A DNA stretch of 62,095 bases, filler included, from Xylographa opegraphella (GCA_022813865.1; 7 parts of 7 records of this genome joined end to end with filler, not necessarily neighbours in it), one strand, 5' to 3'. Shown: positions 40,929 to 53,880, counted from the first letter of the whole stretch. The notes: generated by a model from the sequence alone, not told the origin. Translations and numbers: made by a program.

Positions 40929-41761
40929 TTAACTGACAATTAAGCTGTATGCCGAAGTGGTAAGTAACCCATTGCTGCCAGTGAAAACTTCCGAACCTGC
41001 CTGAATACTCTGCAGATAATCACCCGAGGAGAGCTTGTAATTTGTTTCCAGGTACTTGTAGAAGAGCAGGAGGTCACCGCTGAAGCTAGTATCATCTTTG
41101 TTTTGGGCGACGAAACTATACACAACCACGTTGTTGTTCTGCCCAATTATTAAATTCCATGCAACGTTTCCGATGCTCGGCGTTGCAACAGGAGTGGGAG
41201 GATAGCCGTTGTTGCTTAGAGGGCTGCATCCTCCAAAATCCCCAAGCCAGACCATGACTTCGTACGCCTGGGCACTCGTGGCCGAACTACCAAGGAAGGT
41301 ATCATATGCAACATTGGCTACAATGTTCGTGCCAGTATAACTAGAAGGAGGTTAGAGCCAAACTTCCAAACCTTGCGTTCCACAGTGAGGAATATTCTGT
41401 TTCGACGATAAACATACCTCCACGTCCAATTTGTTTTGATGCTATTGTACTGGCTCAGTGGCTTGCTGGTCATTGGTGCCTCAACATTAGTGTAGCTCTT
41501 CACATTGTTCGGTCCTCCCGACCAAGACCACGAGGTGCTCCAAGCCAAGGAGTTGCCACTCAGGCCGTTGATCTGAGAACATTGAGAGCCCGTACCGGTG
41601 GAGGATCCCCACTCATTGGCATAGATAGTGTATGATCCGGTAGAGATGCTGGTGTATTGCCCACATTGAGAAGCGCCACGCGGTTCCAGTGCATGGGTTG
41701 GAGCTGCAAGACTTGGGACAACAGAACCCGCAAGAGCAATAAGAAGGCTGTTCTTATACAT
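40929..41761 (-). CDS. Secreted GH12 endo-beta-1,4-glucanase/xyloglucanase, 2 exons
   Basis: Signal peptide, QCGQY, NEWG, WSWSGGPNNVKSYTN, NVAYDTF, YEVMVWL (nucleophile), YLQSIQAGSEVF (acid/base). Confidence 0.93.
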
Positions 41762-42944
41762 AGTAAAGTAGAGCAAAGGAGGTCGCAACTATGGAGGACT
41801 AGGAAGATGTCTGGATTAGTGTTTGTTGAATTTATACTCTAATATCGCAGTGGGAGAATGGGTTCATGTGCTTAACAGTGCAATGAGCGGAAATAATGAA
41901 GTGATTCGAGCAGTGGGTGCAGATATATATCCCGCCCAGCCAAGGGGCCAGGCGCAACTGAAATTCCAGACCACATCTTCGCTCAAACTTGCCTTCAGTA
42001 TGTCATAGAAACACATCTGGCTACTTTTAGCGCCGTCGTCTGACACCCACTGGGCTATTTATCCCAAGAGTAGTCTCCATGGAGTTGGCCGAAGGAGAAC
42101 GCGATGCGGACTTCGATTGCCGCTGACGAAAAAGTGATATCCGGAACCTGGTATCGGATTCCTATATAGTAAGATCTACATATGTACGCCGACATGATGA
42201 GGCAAGCCCGAATGCCGAGAGGGGAGTCGGTTGATGATCCAATAAGGTAATTACCTAGCTGCATGAAAGTCGTGAACGGTGCACCCAATAGATAAGCAGC
42301 GGTGGAGGTAATGCTCGCGCCAGATCAAGAAGATGGAAGATACAACCACATCACTGGCGTTCCCAGCCTGCTGATGGCCAATCAATCCTGCAGCAAAGCG
42401 ACTGAGTGCTCATGCACCTGTAGCACAACATGAAGATTCCGGTAGACCTATGGTCGTCACTCCTTCCCACCATCGTCGAGCGACACAGGGAGGAGAGTAG
42501 GCCGCAAGATACACTTCAAATTCAGCAGAAATATGAGACAGGGAGACCGATCAATACGAACTCAAACACGAAAGCAGCTCTGTTTGATCTTGGCTCATCA
42601 GCTTTACAGCATCAATAGCGCCACCTTTAGAATTGATAAACATCAGTCAAGACATGGTACCCGCGATGCGCAAACATATACGCAGCGGCGCTTATAGAAC
42701 GACCGAAGTTTGACATATACGTCGGTTAAAAACCCACTCCGCTTCGCTCCGTGGGGGGCGGGTATCCAGCCACTCTCGGCGATTTAGCCACTTTTTATAA
42801 TATTATTATTTTGATTATTTTATTGTTTTACAGCGTATGATAATAAAAATATAAAATAAATAAATTTAATAGTCGAATCGTAATTTATATATAATAAATA
42901 AATCAGATTTTAATTCGTAGTATTTATAATATAATCAATATACG

Positions 42945-43135
42945 TATTAAAAGGCACGTGTATTTGGATCAGGGCGGGGGCAACAGTAATCGTATATTCG
43001 GTGAAGTTCGGTATAGGCCACGAGAACGTGACATATACCTCCTACGCTAGTACAGAACTACGCTATACATAAATAGAACTAGCCTTCAGGTATTCCTTTA
43101 TGCCTACCAGCAAGTGATGCTTCTACCAATTAACA
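42945..43135 (+). mobile_element. Solo-LTR-like element, family G, 191 bp
   Basis: TATTAA (likely mutated TGTT..)...TTAACA with perfect TSD ATACG/ATACG. Confidence 0.88.
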
Positions 43136-44895
43136 ATACGTAAATATAATATTTAACAAAACTCGCTGAAGGTTTAATATATTATCGCAATATTAATATT
43201 AAAATCGTTAAAAACGTATTATTAAAATTCGTTTTTCTTTCTTTTTTTATTATTATCGTTAATTTCTGAGCTTTTAAGCTCAAAATAATTAAAATAATAA
43301 AAACAAATTTAATTTTAACGTATTTTTTAATTTAATATTAAAATTAAAAATTTAGCCTCCTTATATTTCAGAATTAATTTAATTTTTATTTTTATTTATT
43401 TTATAGTAAATTTATATTAATATTTTTATAAATATTTTTCGTTTTATTATTTCATCGACTCGCCAGCCTGCTCGTTTAATTTATAATAAATTACGATTTT
43501 AAATTTGATTTATAAATAAATTCGCCGCGTTGATTTCAATATCGAATTACGCGAATTTTTTCGTTTTCGAATTTCTTTCGTTATCATTTCGTTTATTTAA
43601 TTTATTGATTGCGACTCGCTCGTTTTATAGCTTTATTAACGATTTTTTAACAATTTTTTTTACAAATTTTCTGCCCCGGATATAATAATTTAGGGTAAAC
43701 GAGTATATTAATTTGAATATTTTAATTAAAAAGCGAAAATATTTAACGGCTCGCGGTTTTGTTTTTTATCGTTTAAATTTTTTAAAAGTATTTGATTTTG
43801 TAATTTAATAAATTCTTTTCGATTTTTCTTAGTCTAGTATATATTTCGCAATTATTTTATTATTTAAATATATTTTTTTATCTATTTTTAACGATTGTTT
43901 GTATTAATTAACCTCGTTTTTGATTGTTTTTTTTACGTTTTTGTATTTACTACAATTTTATTTATTTATTTCGTTTCGACTATTTTTTAAATTTATCATT
44001 AATTAAATAACTTTATTGATTTTCGCGAGTTTTTTCTCGTTTCGATCAATAATTTTTCGCTAATTATTTAATATTTTTAGCATTTTTAAGCGATTCTTTT
44101 TAACTTGGTCGCTTTAGCTCGAGAGGCCGTTCTGCCTTGATAAAAAAAATTTTACGTAAATAAAAAATTTTTGTCGTAATTTTAATTACTTTAAAAACAA
44201 TTTAAAAAATTACGCTTTTTGCGACCGAGTTTAAAATCAAGTTTGCGGCGAAACTTTTCGCCTGTTTGTTAAAAATTTAAAAAAATTTAAAGTATATATA
44301 AAAACGAGAAAAATCGCGCGAATAATTTTAATATTGAGGTACGCTTTCTGCGAAACTTCTTAAAAACATTTTTTATATAATAAAAAATAAATTCGCATTT
44401 TCGTCATATTAATTTAATAATATTGAAAATGAACGTTTTGTTTCGTATTTTATTAAAAAATTAAAAAAACTTAACGCGATTAAAAAAGTATTCGTCGATT
44501 CGAATTAAAATTTTAACAATTTTGAAATAATAGTATTTAAAACATTAAAAATAATTCACGTTAAACGATTATTTTAAATAAATAAGATACAAAAAGGCTA
44601 TTAAAATAATTTTATATTAATAATAATAAATTACGAAGTTTTTAATAAAATAACTATCGTAGTCGTTAAATGAAAATAAATAATAAATCTTTATTTAACA
44701 AGGTCGAGTATACGTATTAAAATATTTAACTTAATTTAATTTAATATTAACGTATTATTAATATATTTATTATTGCTAACAATTATTAATATTCTCGAGT
44801 CGAAGTTTTTCGTTAATTATTTTTTAAAATATAAACGTTTTTGATTATTAATAAAAAATGTAATATTATATCGTTCAGCGATATATATTCGATAT

Positions 44896-45044
44896 TGTTA
44901 CGGGTCATCAACTCACCACACAAGCACGCCTAGAACGTAAGCTTTAGGTCGACGATTTTCAACCCAGATTAAGATGGAGAAGCTTGTTACGATCCTGCCT
45001 CTCACTAGTATAGTTCGATTAGGGATCTGGGTTGGATTCGTCAA
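44896..45044 (+). mobile_element. Family B element (44896-44984) interrupted by a family C element (44985-gap)
   Basis: B sequence ...GATGGAGAAGCT switches to TGTTACGATCCTGCCTCTC. Confidence 0.85.
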
Positions 45045-45144
45045 NNNNNNNNNNNNNNNNNNNNNNNNNNNNNNNNNNNNNNNNNNNNTTAATTAATTAA
45101 NNNNNNNNNNNNNNNNNNNNNNNNNNNNNNNNNNNNNNNNNNNN

Positions 45145-45205
<61 letters not shown>
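45145..45205. repeat. Poly-G tract at contig start
   Basis: 61 G residues; the length is probably unreliable. Confidence 0.7.
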
Positions 45206-45206
<1 letters not shown>

Positions 45207-48200
45207 GTTGTGGCAGAAGGGGTACAGGTGTGATCAATGATGGATGGGCAAAGCTGGGTTGGACACACAGAGGGCAGGGCCACACAGACTAGGTAGCCCG
45301 TACAGACTTGGGCCTGGGACGGCGAGCAGAGACACACACAGCAACGAGGCAGGGCCGCTTCGGTGGGGATGGGTCGCAAGCTGGCAGCCAGCATGGACAA
45401 GTGTGCACCTCCACCATGGCGAAACTGCGAAATGCGGATTGCGAATTGCGAATCGCGAAATCACCCATCCTTCCCCTCTTTCGTGTCATTTCCCATGCCT
45501 TCCTCCCCCCCCCTCCCCCCGGAACCTGTTCGAGGGGTCGGACTCTTCTCCAGCAGTCCAATAATGCGTACCCTGAGGAGCGTGCCCCATCATCCATGCC
45601 AGATGCGCCGGCACCTTAGGCTGGACACAATGAAGGTCCCAGCTGGCGCGCTGCTGATCGTCGCCAGGGAAGCCGGCGGCGATTGATGGCGGTCTGCACG
45701 GGTGCAGCTGCTCATCCATTTGGAGGCGTGGTGGAAAGCGCGGGTTCGGCGGGGATTGAAGAGGCAACGGTCGTGCGAGGATGCGAGGATGCGAGGATGA
45801 AGATCATTCATGATACCTATGGGACTTGATCTTCATCACAATCATAATGGCCCCGTTGCTCGGGCGTGTCCTGCGAGAAGTGGGTGCTGCAAGCATAATT
45901 TATTCTACGGGCAATCTTAAGCGATGGACCTTTCTCCGGCCTCCCCCCTCTCCTCTCCCCGCGACGGCTGGCCTATTTATTAAGGTAGATAGAGTAAGTT
46001 AGTTAACTACTGTAGCACATACCTTAGTAAGTACTCCGTAGGCTGATCGGACCTTGTGGCCCCCTGGCAGCGAGGTCCCTGACGGATGCCACTTCCATCA
46101 TCATCTTCTTTCCTGCAAGTGCCGCTCCCAGGCTCCCCCGGTGTGCTGATACTGTACTGTGTAAGGTACGCCAAGTCGACAAGCCACCCAAGCACGAGCC
46201 TGCAGCTGGTAACGGTAGGGGCGCAACGGTAATCGTAACCGTACCGTAACCGTAGCCACGTCCCCCCTCTGCGTTGGGGGCTCACAACGGATTTGCCAGC
46301 CGCGCCAAGAAGATATGTGCTGTGTGTGTAGAATGGTCTGGGTAACGGCCAAACGTGACGGAACGTGGTCCCAGCCAATCATCGCCCATCTCGAGCAGGG
46401 CGCGGCTAACGTCGTCCTAGCGAGCTCGCGTGGATCGCCCAAGAAATGGGATTTGGGGAAATCCCATCACCCCTGCGGGCCCTCCCCCACTCCCACCAAA
46501 GCCCACCGGCTGCCCCCGTCCTGCTCTCCTCTGGCAGACGGGCGGACGAAACGCTCCGTGTGGATTGTGTACCTCCAGGCCTACATGGCTTCGTCAGACG
46601 TGGGCTGACGTGCTGTGCCACCCGCTGGAGATACCCAACCTCATAGAGGGACAGAGACAGAGGACATCGCAATCCCAGCTGCTTCATCGTCTGCCGTGCT
46701 GGGACGAAAAGCGTTGCTGAGCTCCATCTTTTAATATCAAGAGTGCGACGTCAAGCATCGCGATTGAATCGGCGATCCCCCTCCATCACGCAAAATAGGG
46801 TCCAGCGCGATTTTAGGGCGGGCCGGGGCCCAGATGGACTCCCTCCTCGTACCACTTCACGCCCAGCACAGCTGGCGGGTATGTGCACTGTCCGTACGAG
46901 TGTCAACGACCATAGTGATGGCCGATCCTTCAACGCCGCCCTTCCGATCTCGTCATGCACGGCTGTCACCTCCTACACGGGCTGAGAGGGAAGAACAAAT
47001 CATCCACAGTGACGGTGGCGGAATAGGCACCACTCTCACACCACCCGCCCGCGCTCGTCCAGCTCGACTCGAGGCTGCGGACCCAAAACTCCCCGCTCGA
47101 TCATGCGAGCGACCGGGCATCGGGCCAGGCGAGCAAGGCATCGTGTCCGTGTCCCGAAGGCTCCGGGTCCCTCCTCTCCATTTGGGTGGTCTGACCGGAT
47201 CTACTATAGTACCGCGATCCCGGCGGTGCAGCAGACTGTCGACCGCCAACCCCGGCATCTAAACTCTATCGCCCGGTACACTTGATACGTGCGTCCCCGT
47301 ATAGTAAGGTACGGACTTCTGATCCATGCTCGTGGCGCCCTCTTCCCACTCGCCTACTGTTAGAGACATCGTCGCTCGCTTGGAGTTGCACGGTGCTCGA
47401 ACGGCTGTACATGAAAGTTCATGATTGTACGAAATAGAGTCCAACTTGCGCTGATGTCTTCTTGCACCGCAATGCGGGCGATGCGGGAATGGTACGTATG
47501 AGCAGAATCGAAGTTTTCGCTCGTGGACGTGCCTGATAGCCTACCGACACACGAGTAGCACAAATTGGTCGTCACCGACGAATGCTCATCGCAGATCATG
47601 TTTGAAGAGCTAACAGGGTGATCTGACAGCATAGGCTCATTGTCTCTGGTTTCTGTGCCTCTAGGTCCGGGGATGATTGACCCTGTTTGGACGGTTGCCT
47701 ATATCATGGCAAGTCGGGATTCTCTTTGAAGAGCCGGTGGCTCCAAAAGACGCCCTTGAAAGGCTTACTCTGGGATTCGTATCCGATTGAAATCATATTG
47801 GGAGATCTGGCAATCATTCGAACGGTGCGAAGTGGAGACTCTTCCAGACGTTGACCGGGACGGTAAACCTTTTTCCCATAATTGGTACTCTTAGATCTCA
47901 CAGCCTGCTGCGTCCGCATTGTTACCATTAGCAGGACGAGGCATGCCTGAGAGGCAGCCTTATTTAGTCGTAGTTGTGGAGCGGCATGAGTGACCCGGCT
48001 CGTAGAACTTTGAATGTCGCTTGAACGAAGTATTTGGTCGAGACTAGCATTGCGAAGCAGTGTCGGAGAAAAGGGGGATACGAAGTCCGTATGTAGAACA
48101 AACATACAAGCAGCAGAAGACAATTTTCATTACGCTGTCAAATATGTGTAACCGCTTTTCTGCCACATGTACGGAGTAATTGGGCGCATGTCAATGATCC

Positions 48201-48632
48201 AACTCTCCTTTGCAAGGAGCTATACACCAGAGCGGAAACATGCACCTCCGAACATCGACCGATAGTAAGATCATACGCCTGATGATAAGAACCGTTCGGA
48301 TACCTGTGAGTTTATACTCCACGCGCATACAGCGCATACATCTATCGAAGCTTGTTCTACGGAGCACCAATTGATTCGTTGGCCATGACAGGGGACCTCG
48401 GCTGCCAAGACCTTATATTGCAACCTAAAGCTAACGGTCACAGTGAGTTTCATAGATTATTTTGCGTTCGCGAGGCCCGTCTGTTCTCTGCAGAGGGAGC
48501 ACTTGCATATCCACCAACTTCATAGACCCTTTTCGCTTGCTTGCGGCGATCTCCGATCTTCTGACGCTCTTCAACCCCTCTGTCCAGAACTCTTCCGACC
48601 CACTCGACTCCCAATCCCAAAACGCACGCACC

Positions 48633-50675
48633 ATGGAGGTCTCGCGCGGGCCTCCTCGGGTCAAGAACAAAGCTCCAGCGCCTCAGCAAATCTCCGCAGA
48701 GCAGCTCCTCCGTGAAGCTGTAGACCGACAGGAACCTGGACTTGCTGCCCCTACACAGCGTTTTGCCGACCTCGAAGAGCTCCATGAATTCCAAGGTCGA
48801 AAGCGCAAGGAATTCGAGGACTATGTGCGCCGAAACCGGGTGAACATGAACAACTGGATGCGTTATGCACAATGGGAATTGGAGCAAAAGGAGTTTCGAC
48901 GGGCGAGATCTATCTTCGAAAGAGCTTTAGATGTGGATTCGACGGCGGTCGTCTTGTGGATTAGGTATATTGAAGCCGAGATGAAGACCAGGAACATCAA
49001 CCACGCAAGGAATTTGCTGGACCGGGCTGTCACCATACTGCCCCGGGTCGATAAACTGTGGTACAAGTATGTTTATATGGAAGAAACTCTTGGCAATATT
49101 CCAGGTACGAGACAAGTTTTCGAAAGGTGGATGTCATGGGAACCCGATGAGGCAGCTTGGAGTGCATATATCAAGCTCGAGAAACGATATGCTGAGTTCT
49201 CCCGCGCGAGAGCAATATTCGAGCGCTTCACAGTTGTCCACCCCGAACCTCGGAACTGGATCAAGTGGGCCCGATTCGAGGAGGAGAATGGTACAAGTGA
49301 GCTTGTTCGCGAAGTTTTCGGTATGGCCATCGAGACACTCGGCGGCACCTTCATTGACGAACGTCTTTTTGTCGCCTACGCCCGCTATGAAGCGAAATTG
49401 AAAGAGTTCGACCGTGCTCGCGCTATCTACAAGTATGCCCTCGACCGACTACCCCGATCCAAAGCTGCCATACTCCACAAAGCCTATACGACGTTTGAGA
49501 AGCAGTTCGGAGACCGCGAAGGCATCGAGGATGTCATACTCTCCAAGCGCCGTGTTCAGTACGAAGAACTCCTGAAGTCAACACCCAAGAACTACGATAC
49601 CTGGATCGACTACGCCCGGCTTGAAGAGAGTGGCGGAGATCCTGCGAAGATCCGTGACGTCTACGAGCGAGCTATTGCGCAGATCCCTCCGACGCAAGAG
49701 AAACGCCACTGGCGCCGCTACATATACCTCTGGATATTTTACGCTCTGTGGGCAGAGACCGATGCTCGAGATCCCGAGCGCGCGCGCCAGATATACGCTG
49801 AATGCCTCAAACTGATCCCCCACCGAGCTTTCACCTTTGCAAAAATTTGGCTTTTGAAAGCCTACTTTGAGGTTCGCCAAACGCAGATCAGTCAAGCACG
49901 TAAAACCCTTGGGCAAGCCATCGGACTGTGTCCGAAAGACAAACTTTTTAAAGGCTACATCGAGCTGGAGCTGAAGCTCTTCGAATTCGTTCGCTGTCGT
50001 ACGTTGTACGAGAAGCATATCGAGTGGAATCCCGCAAATTGCCAAGCATGGATCAGGTTCTCGGAGCTGGAGCGCGGTCTCGACGACTTGGATCGGACAC
50101 GAGCGATTTTCGAGTTGGCGGTCACCCAGCCAGTGCTGGACATGCCGGAGCTGCTGTGGAAAGCGTACATCGATTTCGAGGAAGAAGAAGGCGAGTACGA
50201 ACGCACGCGAGCACTGTACGAGCGACTTCTGGCGAAGACTGAACACGTCAAGGTCTGGATCAGCTACGCGCACTTCGAGATCAACGTCCCGGAGGTCGGG
50301 GAAGACGAGGTTGACGAGGACGAGGAAGCGAAACCGCTCAGCCCAGCGACTATTCTTCGCGCCCGGACCATCTTCCAGCGCGGCTACAAGTCTATGAAGG
50401 AGAAAGAGCTCAAGGAGGAACGAGTGGCGTTACTGAACGCCTGGCGTTCGTTCGAGACGACGCATGGTGAAAAGGAGGATGTGAATAAGGTAGAGGGGAT
50501 GATGCCGCGCAAGGTCAAGAAGCGGAGAAAACTCGACGACGATAGCTTTGAGGAGTATATGGACTATGTGTTCCCTGCGGACGATGAGAGCGCAGGCAAG
50601 ATCACGAGGCTATTGGCCATGGCGCAGGAGTGGAAGAAGTCTCAAGGGCTCGGGGCTGTTGCGGAGACCTTGTGA
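48633..50675 (+). CDS. CLF1: Pre-mRNA splicing factor CLF1/crooked neck (HAT repeats), intronless
   Basis: [29 protein letters not shown]...RKRKEFED...WRRYIYLW...[11 protein letters not shown]. Confidence 0.97.
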   Translation: MEVSRGPPRVKNKAPAPQQISAEQLLREAVDRQEPGLAAPTQRFADLEELHEFQGRKRKEFEDYVRRNRVNMNNWMRYAQWELEQKEFRRARSIFERALDVDSTAVVLWIRYIEAEMKTRNINHARNLLDRAVTILPRVDKLWYKYVYMEETLGNIPGTRQVFERWMSWEPDEAAWSAYIKLEKRYAEFSRARAIFERFTVVHPEPRNWIKWARFEEENGTSELVREVFGMAIETLGGTFIDERLFVAYARYEAKLKEFDRARAIYKYALDRLPRSKAAILHKAYTTFEKQFGDREGIEDVILSKRRVQYEELLKSTPKNYDTWIDYARLEESGGDPAKIRDVYERAIAQIPPTQEKRHWRRYIYLWIFYALWAETDARDPERARQIYAECLKLIPHRAFTFAKIWLLKAYFEVRQTQISQARKTLGQAIGLCPKDKLFKGYIELELKLFEFVRCRTLYEKHIEWNPANCQAWIRFSELERGLDDLDRTRAIFELAVTQPVLDMPELLWKAYIDFEEEEGEYERTRALYERLLAKTEHVKVWISYAHFEINVPEVGEDEVDEDEEAKPLSPATILRARTIFQRGYKSMKEKELKEERVALLNAWRSFETTHGEKEDVNKVEGMMPRKVKKRRKLDDDSFEEYMDYVFPADDESAGKITRLLAMAQEWKKSQGLGAVAETL

Positions 50676-51208
50676 AGAGCTAACCCATCGGTTCAATACC
50701 ATCATGAGCACGAAGTCAGGTGGACTCGGAATTTATCCCTTTACAGAAGTCGTAGAAAGGACCACGGAATCGTGTGATACTTTCTATTGATCGTGGGTTT
50801 TTGTACATGTGCTTCCTCAGTCCGCGCTTTACCCCACCATTATAGAGTGCTCAGCGTCAAGGCAATGATTGAAAACCATTTGTCCAAGTCTACTCCAGCA
50901 ATGTGGAGCGCCACAAACTTGTACCCCTCCTTGGAGGACATAATAGGAGAAAACCATCAGCGATTTTTATGAAGCGAATGCGCCTGTGCATTGGAGTGAT
51001 AGGAATTTCTTCTTAGATTCTAGGAGTATATCGTAGATAGACAATTGGTATCTCCACGTCTTCCTGGAAGTCCGTTGATCGTACCCCGGTAAGTGGATCT
51101 TGTGTGTGAAGCCATACTCCTGTACAGAGCATAAACATCTTCATGTTCCTCGAGTGTCACGGCTCATTCAGGTACGCAAGTTCAGTAGGAGTCATTAACC
51201 TGTACCGG

Positions 51209-52473
51209 TTAAGGCTCTGCCTCTCCGGGTATAAGATTGCTTCTCACTGCAAACATCTTTCCACTTATCGCAGCCGTGAACCCATCTATCTGTCTCGCAT
51301 ATTGTTCCACTTGTCTTGAATTGAGCATTACTTCTAGTCGGTTCGGTTCCTGTGGTAACTTGAAAAGTTTTGTCCATTCATCTTCCGGTAACGTGGCTTG
51401 TTTCGTCAATACACGTGAGGCATTCTCCGCTTTTCGCTTGAGTTGCCATGCCGTAATTTTAGCTTGCTCACGACCCAGCTGGCGCTGATAATACTGGTAG
51501 TTGTTAAGCTCGGTGTGATGTGTTTCAATGCTGTCAAGGAGCAGATCACATGACTTTTCAAGGAAAGGATCTATTGACAGGTCCAACGAATCAAAGTTCG
51601 GGAACAATGGTGCGCCTTGATTATTTTGATAATTAAGCGACACTGCAGCAAGGTCTGGGGGAAATGGGATTTCAGTCGTTAATGGCTTCGAAGGTAACTG
51701 GTGTAAGAAAGAAGTGAGGAGATGAGAATTGTGTATTTGAAGCGGCAGCTCGACAAGAATATCCTGATGGCGAAGGTTACTTTTTTGAAGACTGTATTCT
51801 TTATCAGCACAGATCTCTGTATGGTTGTGATCAGGTGCCAACCTTTCCGTTGTGAATTTGCCTTCTTTGTACGCTGCCATGAAAGGCTGGGAGAGTCTAA
51901 AAGCGCGAAGTCCCAAGCTACCCTGAGAGCTCCGGCTAACATCATGAACGATAGCAACGGTTCGCTCGTTGAGATCCTTTTGGTAATAGTATTGATTCTC
52001 GATCATGTTAAGCGTTACGAAATTCCCCATGTTCGCACTCGTATACCAGCCGACATTGTTTGCATCAATGTTGACCTCTCTTAAGTTTCGAATCATCTCA
52101 CTTTGGTAGGCAGCATTGACCTTTGCGCGAGGAGCTGCTGCTGCGAGATTTGAGGCGGCGTTATTGTCATGATGTCCATCTGTGCTAGGTAGATCGGTGG
52201 TAGGAAATGGGTAAGAATTTGTGACCTGAAGAGTGCCTTGGACATCCATTCCCACCAGGAAGCCCGTCGCAGTAGTGGGAAATGTCTGAGAACAGTGCTT
52301 GATTATTTTCATCACAACCTATTGTTCCGTTGGTGACTATTATCGTCGCGGACATAGGGAGAACGTTACCAGTGCCTCCACTTGGACGGACTTGAGCGGA
52401 GCATCTTTTCTATGTCTCCATCAATTAGATTTCACAAAGAGTCAAGACGATACACATACAGTGCGTCTCCCAT
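51209..52473 (-). CDS. eIF3h: Translation initiation factor eIF3 subunit H
   Basis: [47 protein letters not shown]. Three introns, including two after short 5' exons. Confidence 0.94.
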
Positions 52474-52825
52474 ATTTACGATTTGCTCAAGGCTTTGCTG
52501 ATTAGTTCCTTGACTGAAGACGAGTCTTCCAGCTGTCGGAATTTCGTGTGGCTTGCTTGATTGAGATTAGCCTAGTTTAGGAGTTTTCCCGGAGTTGTGC
52601 ACGCCCCGCTCTTGTTGCAAGCCTTATTCTTGCCTCGAATGCCTAGACTCCCTTGGCTGAAACAGGCCTGCTAGCACAGTTTTAAGAGCCAAAATTTTAG
52701 TAATTTTTTGTTTCGCCAGAAAATCTGGGGCGTTTTACAAAATGAAAATAGTAAAATAGCAGTAAAATAATCAAAAATTTATTATCGAATAATTTATTAT
52801 AATATTTTAAATATTGAATTATATT

Positions 52826-52975
52826 TGTTACGTGCTTAACACAGGACGCTGGCCTGTACGCACGCTTGGCAATACTTGGCAATTGCTTGGCAACCCAGCC
52901 CTTTATATAGTAACCTTCAAGCTTTCACAATAAAGGATTTTTTATACTTTCAATACAATCAGACTGATTGTAACA
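52826..52975. mobile_element. Solo-LTR-like element, family I, 150 bp
   Basis: TGTTAC...GTAACA termini; flanks ATATT/ATATA; internal CTTGGCAA x3, TATATA and AATAAA. Confidence 0.75.
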
Positions 52976-53139
52976 ATATAATAATGCTGTTTTATTATTA
53001 ATTATAATAGCATAAAAAATTTAGCGAATTTATTAAACTTTTAGTTATTAAATTTTAAATTTTTAAAATTATTAATTTAAATTTTTCGAATTATAATTTA
53101 TTTACGCAACAGTTTAATACTAGCTTTATTATTCAATAT

Positions 53140-53532
53140 TGTTACGGCTCGCTATCTCACCCGAAAAGCAGGCCTAGAACCACAGCTATAGGTGAGCGAT
53201 TTCAACCTAGAATAATATAAGGAAGCAAGTTTAGTAATACACGTAGAAGTTAAAATAAAGTGCTAACGCCAAGACTCCTAACCGCTTTCGAACTAGCCTG
53301 AGTCCCGGATGCGCTTTAGTCCCGTTCCGTCTATCACTTATTAAGGTGTGTGACGGCTATGACATCAGTCACAGGTAATAGGGGTCGGGCTGGATCAGGA
53401 CTAGCACCTTTAGTNNNNNNNNNNNNNNNNNNNNNNNNNNNNNNNNNNNNNNNNNNNNNNNNNNNNNNNAAATCGTCCACCTAAAGCTTACGTTCTAGGC
53501 GTGCTTGTGTGGTGAGTTGATGAGCCGTAACA
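53140..53532. mobile_element. Family D element (53140-53348, +) interrupted by a family B element (53349-53532, -)
   Basis: D stops 20 bp before its normal end (at ..TTAAGGTG) and B begins TGTGACGGCT. The last 20 bp of D are not recovered after the N gap. Confidence 0.82.
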
Positions 53533-53647
53533 GAGCCGAACCTTTAAATAAAATCATTTTTTTCGAAAATAAAATTTTTATAATTTTAATCGATCTTCGA
53601 TTTTTATTAATTTATTATCGTCCTTGATCGATGTATAAAATATATAT

Positions 53648-53702
53648 TGTTACGGCTCATCAACTCACCACACAAGCACGCCTAGAACGTAAGCTTTAGG
53701 TG
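53648..53702 (+). mobile_element. Family B element, partial (contig end)
   Basis: Identical to the start of the 19556 copy. Confidence 0.85.
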
Positions 53703-53802
53703 NNNNNNNNNNNNNNNNNNNNNNNNNNNNNNNNNNNNNNNNNNNNTTAATTAATTAANNNNNNNNNNNNNNNNNNNNNNNNNNNNNNNNNNNNNNNNNN
53801 NN

Positions 53803-53880
53803 TGACTTCCTATCTACTCATTGACGAATCCAACCCAGATCCCTAATCGAACTATACTAGTGAGAGACAGGATCGTAACA
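53803..53880 (-). mobile_element. Family C element, partial (contig start)
   Basis: Matches 13820-13884 with one difference. Confidence 0.85.

Noticed and set aside
42945..43135. Idea that elements under 200 bp are fully immune to RIP
   Set aside because: Family G (191 bp) is clearly mutated, so the intact families may simply be younger.
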